This document shows, in pieces, positions 46,840 through 57,989 of a DNA stretch of 64,000 nt (its first letter is position 1; every line of letters starts with the position of its first letter). Where the stretch lies: positions 115,382,001-115,446,000 of the forward strand of contig NC_043002.1 in assembly GCF_006345805.1 (NCBI RefSeq). Direction: 5' to 3'. The stretch comes from Octopus sinensis. Taxonomy: Eukaryota. A program made the position numbers and the translations under genes. The notes beneath the pieces were generated by a model. It did no database searches and was not told where the DNA came from. It saw nothing but the letters and a program-made list of their open reading frames with translations.

Positions 46840-49706
46840 TGTTTCTTTATTAGCCACACAGGGCTGCACACAGATAGAACAAATTACAAGGTAGAGCTTT
46901 TCTTTTGAAGGTTTAAAAAAAAAAAAAAAAAAAAAGGAAGGGGGAGTTCGATCAAAAGGGATCGTAAAAGGAGAGAAAGAGGACAAAAAAAAGGGGGGGG
47001 TTAAAAAAAAAAAAAAAAAAAAAAAGGGGGAGAGGAAAAAAAAATGATCAATAGGGATCGTTATCACAGAAATGTCAATATGAAGTGTAAAGGGGAGGAC
47101 AGGTGAGGTTTACCCGTGGAAAGAAAAGCCTACGGAAAAGACCACGGTAACCTCGGTCAATGAAGTCACATTTTATATTTCTTTTTTTTTTTTTTTTTTT
47201 GCAAATAAGCAACTCTCTGTTTTCGATTTCTGGGTTCATAGGATCATGCTCAAGGTGGCTTCGTCATTCATACGTGCCATTCTTGCTACATTCACCCATC
47301 TTTTTTTAAAACATTCGCTAGACAAAACTTGCCTCTCTACTCTCACTTTCCTTTTCAAGTGGTACTTGAAGAAGTTGATGAGAGATTGACCAGAGAGGAA
47401 AGTGTTTGTCTCCAATCCTTTCAGACGCGTCCACCAGATACATTCTTTCGCCATAGCCACAAGGATGATGAAAATAGCTCTTCCTTCCCGTTTGAAGGAA
47501 GGAGGCGTGACAATATTGACGATAGACTCAGCTGATAAACCGACTCGTCCCACACGTGACAGCAGTTGTTCGACATAAGCCCACAGGTCGGAAATTGTTG
47601 GACACTGAACGAGTGCGTGCAGAACGGTTTCGTCGCTCTGACCGCATCTCGGGCAGGTCGGCCCCGTGTTTCTCGAGCCGTGTCTGTAGAGCTTATCCCG
47701 AACGGGTAGCGCTTCTCGGTAGCACTGCCAGGCCAGGGATCTCTGGAAGTTGTCCATGGGCCCTGGCCCGAAAGTCGTCCCGAACAGGCGGGTCAGGTAC
47801 TCCTCGTCGACGTCCAGGTTCGCCCCGAGCTCGTCGTCGTACCTCCCCTCCACTAAACCCCTATAGAATGCTTTGGTTGTGTTGAAGTCACTTAAGGTCG
47901 ACCCAGGACGGCAGAGTTGCTTGAGAGCAACGCGACACTCGCGGTGCCATTCGCCCTTCCTCGGCCTCTTTTTGATCCACGACTGCAGTTCGGTCATGGA
48001 GACGAGCTGCGGGAAAGCGTGCCTCACAAACGGCGACCACACCTGTTCACCGTCGTCTACATAGAGCCAGAGATGTCGCAGTCTCAGCGCGTGTCTGCGC
48101 ATCATCAACCACGGCATGCCCAGCCCTCCTTTTAACGGGTGTTGACAGCAAATGGATCGCCTGACCATCGGGACGCATCCTTTCCACAAGAAGCGAAAGA
48201 GGATGCGTTGTAGTTTGGTGATGGTAGGGTCGGGACAAGGTACGACGGTCAGGCGGTAGTAGATGACGGACGCGATGTACGTGTTCGCCACCTCCGCTCG
48301 ACCTTTTAGGGACAGTTTCCTCTCGGCCCATTGCCGGGCGAGAGTGACCACCCTACTCGTTATCTCGTTCCAGTTCTTCTCCACTTGGAGGTCCGGACCA
48401 AACCAGACCCCGAGCAACTCAACCGGGCCGTCGGTCCAGCGTCCCACGACGGAGGCGCTGGTGGACGGCATGGGCTTGCTTCTCCAGGTGCCTAGTCGCA
48501 AGCCCACTGACTTTTCCCGGTTGATTTTCGCTCCTGTCACCGCTTCGTAGTTTTTCAGTGTCTCGCCGACCAGCTCGATGTGCTCGTGGCTAGACACTAT
48601 GACGGTGACGTCGTCCGCGTATGCAGACACGCTCGTCCCGCATCCAATTCTCGCGGGATGCCCCTTAGAGTCGCCAGCTTCCGCAGTAGTGGCTCAAGAG
48701 TCAATACGTATAGAAGCGCCGAGAGGGGGCATCCCTGACGGACCGAACGTGCAATGTCGAAAGGTCTCGATAGATGTCCATTTACGCGAATTACCGAACG
48801 GATGCCTCTGTACAAGGCAGCTATCCAGCCGCGGAAGACGGGACCGAAACCAGCCGCTCTCAGGACTGCCTCCAAGTATCGATGGTCTACCCTATCAAAG
48901 GCTTTCGATTGATCCAAGTTGATCAGGGCCCCACCCATGCCAGGTTCGTTAACTACCCTGTCTATGATGTAGCGCATCAGATGGAGGTTGTCATGGATGG
49001 TCCGGCCTGGCACGGCGCATGTTTGCGCCTTGTCGACCAGTTTCTCGATGACAAGCGCCAACCTCTTGGCTAGCACCTTGGCCAAAATTTTCAAGTCTGC
49101 ATTAAGCAGAGTGATGGGCCTAAAGTTATCTATTACATTTCCCTTGTTTAGATCTTTCTTCAGCAGTGTTACGGCTCCTCGGCTCACAAAACCAGGAATG
49201 CTCCCGTTTTGCTGCCAGTTGCAGTACACCGCCGCCAAGAGATCTCCAAACAAGTCTGGCATACAATTGTAAAGCTCGTAGGGTAGACCATCCAAACCCG
49301 GTGATTTGTCCCTCGAGCATTCTGCCATCGCTTCCCGCACTTCCGCCGCCGTGATGGCACCTTCGCAGCACCCTGCCTTTCTTGTCGAGAGTCGTGGTAG
49401 GCTATGTAGGTAGGCACTGAAGTCCACCCTACGTTCTTGCCCTCCACTCGTTCCGAACAGTCGGGCAAAATGCTGCTGAAAGGCCTCACACATTTTACTT
49501 GGCTCGAGCAATTCGCGCCCCTGTTCATCTACCAGTGACCGAATGGTGGCTTTGTTGCCCTGTTGCGCCTCTGCCACCCGGGCCTCTCTCGCGGCTCCAA
49601 CACCTTCGTTCCTTAGAGCACGCATCCTAGCTCTGACAGCACATCCTTCGTGTTTGGCGTTGAAGTGTTGGTCGAGGGCCAACCTCGCCGCCAAAACGTC
49701 GGATGC
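46840..49706 (-). mobile_element. Tx1-clade LINE, 5'-truncated (RT and C-terminal Cys domain), embedded in (GATA)n
   Basis: ORF2 motifs DKSPGLDGLPYE, NFRPITLLNADLKIL, DQSKAFDRVDH, VRQGCPLSALLY, YADD and CPRCGQSDETVLHALVQC; U-rich 3' UTR with AATAAA just before the terminus; (GATA)n at both ends. Confidence 0.93.
47236..49706 (-). pseudogene. Tx1 ORF2 fragment, single -1 shift near 48640
   Basis: ORFs 48597-49793 and 47236-48630 join if one G is restored in TTGG(G)ATGC. Confidence 0.88.
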
Positions 49707-50064
49707 GATAGATAGATAGATAGATAGATAGACATTTTCTACATATATAGTAATGATGTATAAAACTGTTTGTTTTATTCTGGAACAGATCACTTTTTCA
49801 AAGTTTTTTTCTCTTTTGTCGCTTTTTTTAATACTAGTCTTTCAAATCACTATTTTCCTCGTAACTCAGACACGTTTTACTTATTTTATTTTACTTGGTC
49901 TATGCTCGTCTGCTCTTCGATGTTTCTTTTTCTTATTCACACAATTTTATTATGTCTCCCCTTCACCTTCTCTCTCTTGTCTCCACCCCTACTTCTCTTT
50001 CTCTCTCTATCAGTCTCCATTCATTATCTAACTTATATATATATCTATACTCTTTACTCTTTAC

Positions 50065-50463
50065 TCTTTTACTCGTTTCAGTCATTTGACTGCGGCCATA
50101 CTGGAGCACCGCCTTTAGTCGAGCAAATCGACCCCGGGACTTATTCTTTGTAAGCCCAGTACTTTTTCTATCGGTGTCTTTTGCCGAACCGCTAAGTGAC
50201 GGGGATGTAAACACACCAGCATCGGTTGTCAAGCAATGCTAGAGGAACAAACACAGACACACAAACACACACACACATATATATATATATACATATATAC
50301 GACGGGCTTCTTTCAGTTTCCGTCTACCAAATCCACTCACAAGGCATTGGTCGGCCCGAGGCTATAGTAGAAGACACTTTCCCAAGGTGCCACGCAGTGG
50401 GACTGAACCCGGAGCCATGTGGTTCCTAAGCAAGCTACTTACCACACAGCCACTCCTGCGCCT
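50065..50463 (-). mobile_element. SINE family B, full length
   Basis: Complete head to tail match with other copies. Confidence 0.92.
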
Positions 50464-50899
50464 ATGTATTTTATATTATTTTATTAACATGTTTATATTT
50501 CTTTTTAGGGGTATACGATTTATCCAAATAGAGCCTTTGTTTTCAATGCTGTAGCCAAGCTTTGATAAATCGATATTTGAATTCATTATTGCTTCTGATT
50601 ACTTTTAAATATCTCTTTTACATACCATCACTTATTAATCGCCGAGGATAAAAACGTATTTCTCAGCGTAACATGAAAGCCTGATAAAGTCCAGGGCTCG
50701 TCTCGAGATATCATTTCTTATAGATGTATAGCGTTAAATATATATTTTAGGGATTGAATACTTTACAAATTCATTCAACAAAATAACTATTTCATGTTGG
50801 AAATTATCTCTTTCAATCAAAAATTCAGAATTTGATGGTGACAGAAATAGCTCCAATCTAAGGCAATTTACTTATCGGAGATTTAGAAATTGCAGTGAA

Positions 50900-51780
50900 T
50901 GAAGAATCACTACGGAAATACAAAATCTCTAATGAAAAGAAGCAAAAAAAAGTTCTTAAAGATTACTTAAACTATTATTTTTTATATGTAGTAATAATGT
51001 AAGTCAACAACCAAATAGAGAAAGTTATATATTACAAACCTACAAACTTGAAACAATTTCTTCTCTTTATTTCGTGTAACCCGAACCATTCTAGAAGAAA
51101 TACTCCAATTAATTTTTCTGAAAAGATATGGACACGTGTGTCCTATAAACTTTAGGATACACTTACCAATGGACATTACCTACAATACTTAATATATATG
51201 GTCTACAATGAGCCGACACAATTGCGTCCGGATACTAAGACAACTAAAACAAATCACTACACCTGAAATGAAGGTGTTATACGTCTCTACCGACAATTTT
51301 AGAAACAACGAAGCCTGTAGTATTATCTGTGAAAATATACTGATGCTGAGAGAGGAAGCCAGGATGATTCGAATTCTGAAAACACATATTATTATAAACC
51401 TTAAAAAATTACCAAAAGTATTAAAAAGAATATTTAAAAATGCTAGATTATATATTCAATAACAACAGAATCAACATTCACAAGGTGTAGACGATCAGAC
51501 TGTGGAATATATTTTAACTTCTCCCAAGAACTAGAATTCTATTTTAAACAAGGACAGTGTTTCCAAGTGAAGAATGATTTTATCTATACGACCGGAAGCT
51601 AATTTATGTAACATGTTCAGAATGTAGCGGGAATTATGTAGGACTGACTAGAATGATTCTAAGAAAACAAATGACACCGCATAGACAGCAATATTAGATT
51701 TCTGGCTACAGTTAGCTATACATGCATGTGCGAGTAATCGCCGAGCAACGTTTAAACTTTTCCTTTATGTCATGTAGTGA
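50900..51780 (+). mobile_element. Decayed Penelope-like element (RT remnant and GIY-YIG)
   Basis: CSGNYVGLTRMILRKQMTPHRQQ at ~51623-51691 matches the PLE GIY-YIG C..YVG.T...LR.RM..HR pattern; many stops. Confidence 0.55.
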
Positions 51781-52176
51781 AGGACACCTGATCAATAGTG
51801 GGTCAGTAAGACATTTACATTAATGATAATTATAATAGCTGACCCCATGCCGGCAAAAATGACGGATAATTGTAGTATATTATATATAAATATGGATGGT
51901 AAATCAAATTAATACACTTGTCAATGTTATCTAGTGGTTGCATTTTGAGATGTGACATCGATCATCGTTTACTACTGAAAGAACGCTGCTTCACACATAC
52001 AAACATTCACATACTTCCCTTGTACACGCACAAACATACACACTACCAGTTTGCCATCACCCCTTCCTTCCTTTTTCCTCTATTACCCCTTCCCTTCTCG
52101 TTCATGTGTTGTGACAGAGTATTATTATAATAGATGCATAGTTAATCAATTAGTTGACATACAATGAATTTATTTT

Positions 52177-52265
<89 letters not shown>

Positions 52266-52665
52266 GGTGGTGAGCTGAGAATCGTTAGCATGCCGGGCGA
52301 AATGCTTAGCGGTATTTCCTCTGCCACTACGTTCTGAGTTCAAATTCCGCCGAGGTCGACTTTGACTTTCATCCTTTCGGGGTCGATAAATTAAGTACCA
52401 GTTACGTACTGGGGTCGATGTAATCGACTTAATCCATTTGTCTGTCCTTGTTTGTCCCTTCTGTGTTTAGCCCCTTGTGGGTAGTAAAAAAATAGAAATA
52501 GGTATTTCCTCTGCCGCTATGTTTTGTGTTCAAATTCCGCCGAGGTCGACTTTGCCTTTTATCCTTTCAGGGTTGATAAATTAAGTACCAGTTGCGTACT
52601 GGAGTCGATCTAATCGACTGGCTCCTCCCCCAAAATTTCAGGCCTTGTGCCTATAGTAGAAGGTA
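52266..52665 (+). mobile_element. SINE family A tandem pair between (CAT)n/(TAT)n arrays
   Basis: Full copy ~52266-52495 followed by a 5'-truncated copy ~52500-52665. Confidence 0.88.
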
Positions 52666-52677
52666 TCATCATCATCA

Positions 52678-52741
<64 letters not shown>

Positions 52742-53063
52742 ATAAAGAACATGAAATATTTCCGTTATCACCTCCCTGTACCCGTGAAAAACATTTTCAA
52801 TCTCCTTTCTTATTGTAAACGTTTAATTATCAAATTATGAAATAGCAAAATCGTGAAACACACTTCATAATGAAATCACGAAATTATTACAACTCTCTTA
52901 ATTATAAGTCATGATTGCCTTTAAAATAGTGAAACCGATTGGATACAAGAACATTTCAGCTTTATTATAAGATTTGTCATAAAAAATTTCAGTGCATTTT
53001 CTCACCTCTTTTCAGTACACACACACACACACACACATGCATATATATATGCATATACATTCA

Positions 53064-53112
<49 letters not shown>

Positions 53113-53114
<2 letters not shown>

Positions 53115-53303
53115 TCTTTTACTCTTTTACTTGTTTCAGTCATTTGACTGCGGCCATGCGGGAGCACCGCCTTTAGTCGAGCAAATCGACCCCGAGACTT
53201 ATTCTTTGTAAGCCCAGTACTTATTCTATCGGTGTCTTTTGCCGAACCGCTAAGTGATGGGGACGTAAACACACAAGCATCGGTTGTCAATGCAGACACA
53301 CAA

Positions 53304-53344
<41 letters not shown>

Positions 53345-53508
53345 TACGACAGGCTTCTTTCAGTTTCCGTCTACCAAATCCACTGACAAGGCATTGGTCG
53401 GCCGGGGCTATAGCAGAAGACACTTGCCCAAGATGCCACGCAGTGGGACTGAACCCGGAACCATGTGGTTCGTTAGCAAGCTACTTACCACACAGCCACT
53501 CCTGCGCC
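53113..53508 (-). mobile_element. SINE family B, full length
   Basis: Complete match with other copies. Confidence 0.92.
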
Positions 53509-53511
53509 TAT

Positions 53512-53581
<70 letters not shown>

Positions 53582-53629
53582 CATACATACATACATACAT
53601 ACATACATACATACATACATACATACATA

Positions 53630-54456
53630 CAGTATGCGATGGGGAAAATGTCGTCATTTAATATTTTAAATTTGCGCATGTGCATTGTTTGTTTTTAATT
53701 TTGTCGACTACACAGTATAGTAGTGTCAGTTAAGAAAAACAGCCCCGTGACGCAGTTCATTCTGCCAGAATTTTGAAAATATGATGTACTGCTTGGCATT
53801 CGCGCCGGAATCTCCAGTATGAATATTTCAGAGTTTTTGTGTGTCAATATGAAAACATGTAGCAAGAGTGATAAAAATCAAAATCAACATCATGGTGTTT
53901 GCAGTGATCACTGGTGATGGCAACGTTATGCCTCCATTCATCTTCCCACACGGCTTCAGATTTAACAAGGGGGCCTACAGCAAGTGCCTGGAGCAGGTAG
54001 TGCTGATCTGGGTCAAGAGGGTGGCTGCTGGAAGGCCTTATATCTAGCAACAGGACTCTGCCCTTTGCCACACAAGCAGGAGAACCCAGTTATGGTTGTC
54101 AGACAATTTCTGCAACAACATCACCACTAACATCTGACCACTTAACTCCCCAGAGTGCAATCCCTTGATTATTATGTGTGGGGCACAGCTGAGCAAGAGA
54201 CCAACAAAACTCCTTGTAATACCAAAGATGAACTGAAGGCAAGGATTATGGCAGCATTCACCAATTTAAACAAGGAGGCCACCCAGAAGAGTTGCAGGTC
54301 ATCAGGAAACCGTGGTTGAAACCAATGGCGATTTTATTGAATAAATCTACTCTTTAGTATTTAAGATAATTTTGGTAAATGTATCTGTTAAAATGGGATG
54401 TCAGTGTTATTTTCATTTTTGCGTAATTTAGACGACAGTTTATTCACCGCACCCTG
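53630..54456 (+). mobile_element. Internally deleted maT-type (DD37D) Tc1/mariner element
   Basis: Imperfect TIRs CAG(TA/GG)TGCG(A/G)TG...TGTCGTC with TA flanks; QQDSALCH...NSPECNP(L)DYYVWG gives 37-residue spacing after one frameshift. Confidence 0.8.
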
Positions 54457-54460
54457 TATA

Positions 54461-56014
54461 CAGCCTTGGCCAAAAGTATTAGGCCACCCCAATGTTTTGG
54501 GGTTCTGCTATCTCATTGTTAATGAATCTCGTGCACATGGTAGATTATGGTATATTTCACAATATACATTAGTTTTCATATCTGGTTGACCCTCATTTAG
54601 CATCAGTTACCACTTTTATACTGTACTGTACATATGCAACCAATTATGAGTAAGACCAACGTCCAAAATTAACTTATGTGTCTTTGATTATTTCAGAGTT
54701 TTATGCTAAAATATGTTGTAGATGCAGTTGATAAACAGTAAAATGCCTAAAACAAGGGAGTTGAGTGAGTGTGAGCGAGGTCAAATCGTAGCTCATCATA
54801 AAGAAGGAATGTCTCACCGGTAAATTGCTTTAGAAGATGAAATGTTCTCGATGTGTGGTACAAACGACTCTCAAACGCTTCAGAGAGACAAAAAATGTGA
54901 AGACAATATAAAGAACAGGTAGAAAAAAAGGTTACATCACCTTGTGATGACAGATCCATCATCCATCAGCCGCTCAGAAACAGGAGAAAAACATCTTCGG
55001 AGCTCTGTGCGGACTTCAACGAGGCAAATACTTCACAAATATCAACCAGAACTGTTAGAAGAGGGCTTGTAGAGTACAGTCTGAAAAGCTGTAAAGCCAG
55101 GAAGAAGCCATGGGTTTCTGAAGCGAATATGGAAAAACGTCTTCAGTGGGCCAAAAATCATTCAAATTGGACCAGTGAGCCATGGTCAAAAGTCATATGG
55201 TCTGATGAAAGTAAATATGAGGTAAGATAGTACATGTATTCAATCAACATATAAACTTAATGTAACTGGTTTGTTGCCCAGAATATATAAAAAAAAGTAT
55301 CCAACATAAAGCTAATATTATTTTTCATGTTTTTACCCAGGTTTTCAGTACATCTGGTACAACTTTCGTGTGTCGCAGAGTTGGAGAAGCATTTAAGGTT
55401 GAATGTCTGGTACTAACCGTAAAACATAATAGGGGTGGTTCTATCATGGTTCTGCGTGTCTGCCACAGAATCCGGTGGAATGTTTTTATGTCAGGGAAGG
55501 ATGAATTCAGCTCCCTATATTTCTATGTTATCGGATGTTTTAGAGCCATCAATTGCTAAACTGCATCCAGGTGTGTCGAAAAAGAGTGTTATCTTTCAAC
55601 AGGACAACGCACCATGTCATACAGCAAAGAAAACTCGTCAATGGTTTGAGAGACAAGGTATTGTTCCCATGGAGTGGCCAGCTCAAACCCCGATCTAAAT
55701 CCGATCGAACACCTATGGGGAACTCTTGGTGAAGATATCAGAAACACAACAACTAAAAATAAAGAGAATTTGTACCAAAAGTTGAGAGAAGAATAGAGTA
55801 AAATTGCGCCTAGAACCTGCAAGAAACTAGCTGACTCAATGCCTAACCGTATAAAAGCGGTAACTGATACTAAAGAAGGGTCGACCAGATATTAAAACTA
55901 ATGTATATTGTGAAATATACCATAATCTTCAATGTGCACGAGTTTCATTAACATTGAGATAGCAGAACCCCAAAACCCCAAAACATTGGGGTGGCCTAAT
56001 ACTTTTGGCCAAGG

Positions 56015-56017
<3 letters not shown>
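54461..56017 (+). mobile_element. Tc1 (DD34E) transposon, 1557 bp, ~80-bp TIRs, intron-containing transposase, defective
   Basis: TIR CAGCCTTGGCCAAAAGTATTAGGCCACCCCAATGTTTTGGGG with TA flanks; ATG at 54743 (MPKTRELSECERGQI); WSDES, QQDNAPCH and PDLNPIEHLW with 34-residue spacing. Confidence 0.93.
55222..55340 (+). other. Spliceosomal intron (119 bp, phase 0) in the Tc1 transposase
   Basis: GAG|GTAAGA ... TTTTTCATGTTTTTACCCAG|GTT; removal joins WSDESKYE to VFSTSGTTFVCRR in frame. Confidence 0.8.
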
Positions 56018-56055
<38 letters not shown>

Positions 56056-56125
56056 CATACACATGCATATATGTATATATACACACATATATATTTGTAT
56101 ACAAGTGTGTGTATGTGTGCACGCG

Positions 56126-56177
<52 letters not shown>

Positions 56178-56704
56178 ATAGAATACAAGACGATTGGAGG
56201 TGGTCTGCATTAGCAAGGTTTGTATCATTTGAAAACAAAAGCGACAAAAAAAGAAAAACGGCGAAATTGCCGTTTTCGATAAAGTACTTCTTCGAAGTTA
56301 AGATGACAAGAAGAAAAATGAAATACAAAACAAAGCTTTATTTCCTCTCCGTTTTAGCAACTGGTCACAGCTGTCGGGGAACGCAAAACAACGTGAGTTT
56401 GCGTAGTTAATTAGAAAGTAGTAGGAGAGAAAACCAGGTGACCGAAAGAGAGAGAACGAGAAATGAAAGTAAGAAGAGAAACGGGTGATGGTGAGATATA
56501 GGTAAAAGAGAAAAGCTGAATGATATGAACGGAATGAAGCAGTAGAACGGAAAGCATTTATTTAAACTCGTCAATGCCATCGTCCTAGTTTGTATATGAA
56601 ACGTTGCTCCTTTCGTTTCCTTGAATGTTGCAGATCCAAAATGTGGAGAGACTTTACACACTGAGAAATGGGTGATGGAATGGACCATTGTGTTGAAATT
56701 AGTA

Positions 56705-56767
56705 GCGACAGGTTGGCCCGGCATGCGACAGGTTGGCCCGGCATGCGACAGATTGGCCCGGCATGCG
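56705..56767. repeat. 20-bp tandem repeat x3 inside the PLE GIY-YIG region
   Basis: GCGACAGGTTGGCCCGGCAT units at 56705, 56725 and 56745. Confidence 0.95.
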
Positions 56768-56837
56768 TAATGATGTGCTTGGAAATATGTCCTCGAAAGT
56801 TATCGGCAAGGTGATGGTCTGTATTCCCCCAGTGTAA

Positions 56838-57130
56838 CGGTGTATGGCTTAATGGTTAAGTTATTCGGCTTACAGTCGTAAAGTCGTGGGTTCGATTCCC
56901 GGCGATGTGTTGTGTCCTTGAGTGAGGCCCTTCATTTTCCGCTGCTCCAGTCCGCTTAGCTAGCAAAAATAGATTGTACCTGTATTTGAAAGGGCCAGCC
57001 TTGTCACATTCTGTATCGAGCGAAATCTCCCTGAGAAATTAAAGGTACGCGTGTCTGTGGAGTGCTGAACCACTTACACGTTAATTTTATGAGCAGGCTG
57101 TTCCGTTAATCAGATCAACTGGAACCCTCG
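56838..57130 (+). mobile_element. tRNA-derived SINE family C
   Basis: A-box TGGCTTAATGG, B-box GGTTCGATTCC, central GTGTCCTTGAG...GCTCCAGTCCGCTTAGCT domain (CORE/V-like). Confidence 0.8.
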
Positions 57131-57811
57131 TCGCCGTAACAGTTTTTAAAGTATGTCACAATGTTTGCAGTTGATGCAATGTAGAAAGTCGGAAGATGTA
57201 TCACAGAATTTTGGGGTATTCTCAATACTGTTTATTGGGTGCAATGATGGTTTTAGTGTTCTTAATGAAAGAAACGATGTTGCTTCGTGAACGAGTGCAT
57301 TTAAGAGTGCCTGGTTGTGTATGACCGGATGCTACGGAGCTTCTAACTAGATTTTCGCACTATATTATCTTTCTTAAAGGTGAGTAGAGACGGTGCGAGA
57401 AAGACCAGAGCACTTTGAGGGTCAGTGAGTAGGATTTTGAAGTTGTAAATGTGTTTCAATAAGAGAATGGGTGGGTGGAAGGTGAGAGAGAGTGGAATAC
57501 GGTCTATAAGTGTACATAAAATGGGTAGGAGACCAGTGGTGTGTTCGATACCCTGTCTCTCGAAGTCCAAGGTCCATAACATTCTGCTACATTAGAAATC
57601 CTAATCAATGCTGCAGAGTAGGCGAAGCCGGGGAAATTGAGAGAATGGTATAACAGATTTAGTATGTTTGGAGTGGCGATTGGAATGGAAGTCAGAAGAT
57701 GCGGTTGTAAGTGGCCGGGTGGATAATGTTAAAAGTAATGAAGATGTCGAGAAAACTAGCGATGTGTGGGATAAGGTTCAACCACCCATCTGAAAAAGAT
57801 ACTGTACTCAC

Positions 57812-57989
57812 CGTCTACTGCTGTCAAAAGATAATATACAGATGTAATGCCACCTGTCCTCAATCAAAGGCAATATACTGATGTAGTGAGAACGGCAGCA
57901 GCCGAGCAACAATCTTTTTAAACATTCCAAAAACTGATCTGGTTGCACAGATACAAAATCAAAGCCATGACCATCAATACACAAGCTCA
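57812..57989 (-). CDS. Candidate coding exon (SLCIDGHGFDFVSVQPDQFLECLKRLLLGCCRSHYISILPLIEDRWHYICILSFDSSR)
   Basis: Acceptor CTATTATTTTCAG and perfect donor CG|GTGAGT (57811), within a 120-codon non-repeat ORF; phase 1 to 2. Confidence 0.35.

Larger units (their letters stand above)
56560..57785 (-). mobile_element. Decayed Penelope-like element (RT thumb, linker, GIY-YIG), interrupted by SINE C
   Basis: SHTSLVFLD, IPFSQFPRLRLLCS, RIPLSLTFHPP, HHLADNFRGH, PVATNFNTMVHS and SLNKCF motifs in colinear order. Confidence 0.75.

Noticed and set aside
47329-49528. Plus-strand and alternate-frame ORFs over the Tx1, RTE and Dong elements
   Set aside because: Shadow ORFs of GC-rich or codon-biased retroelement coding sequence.
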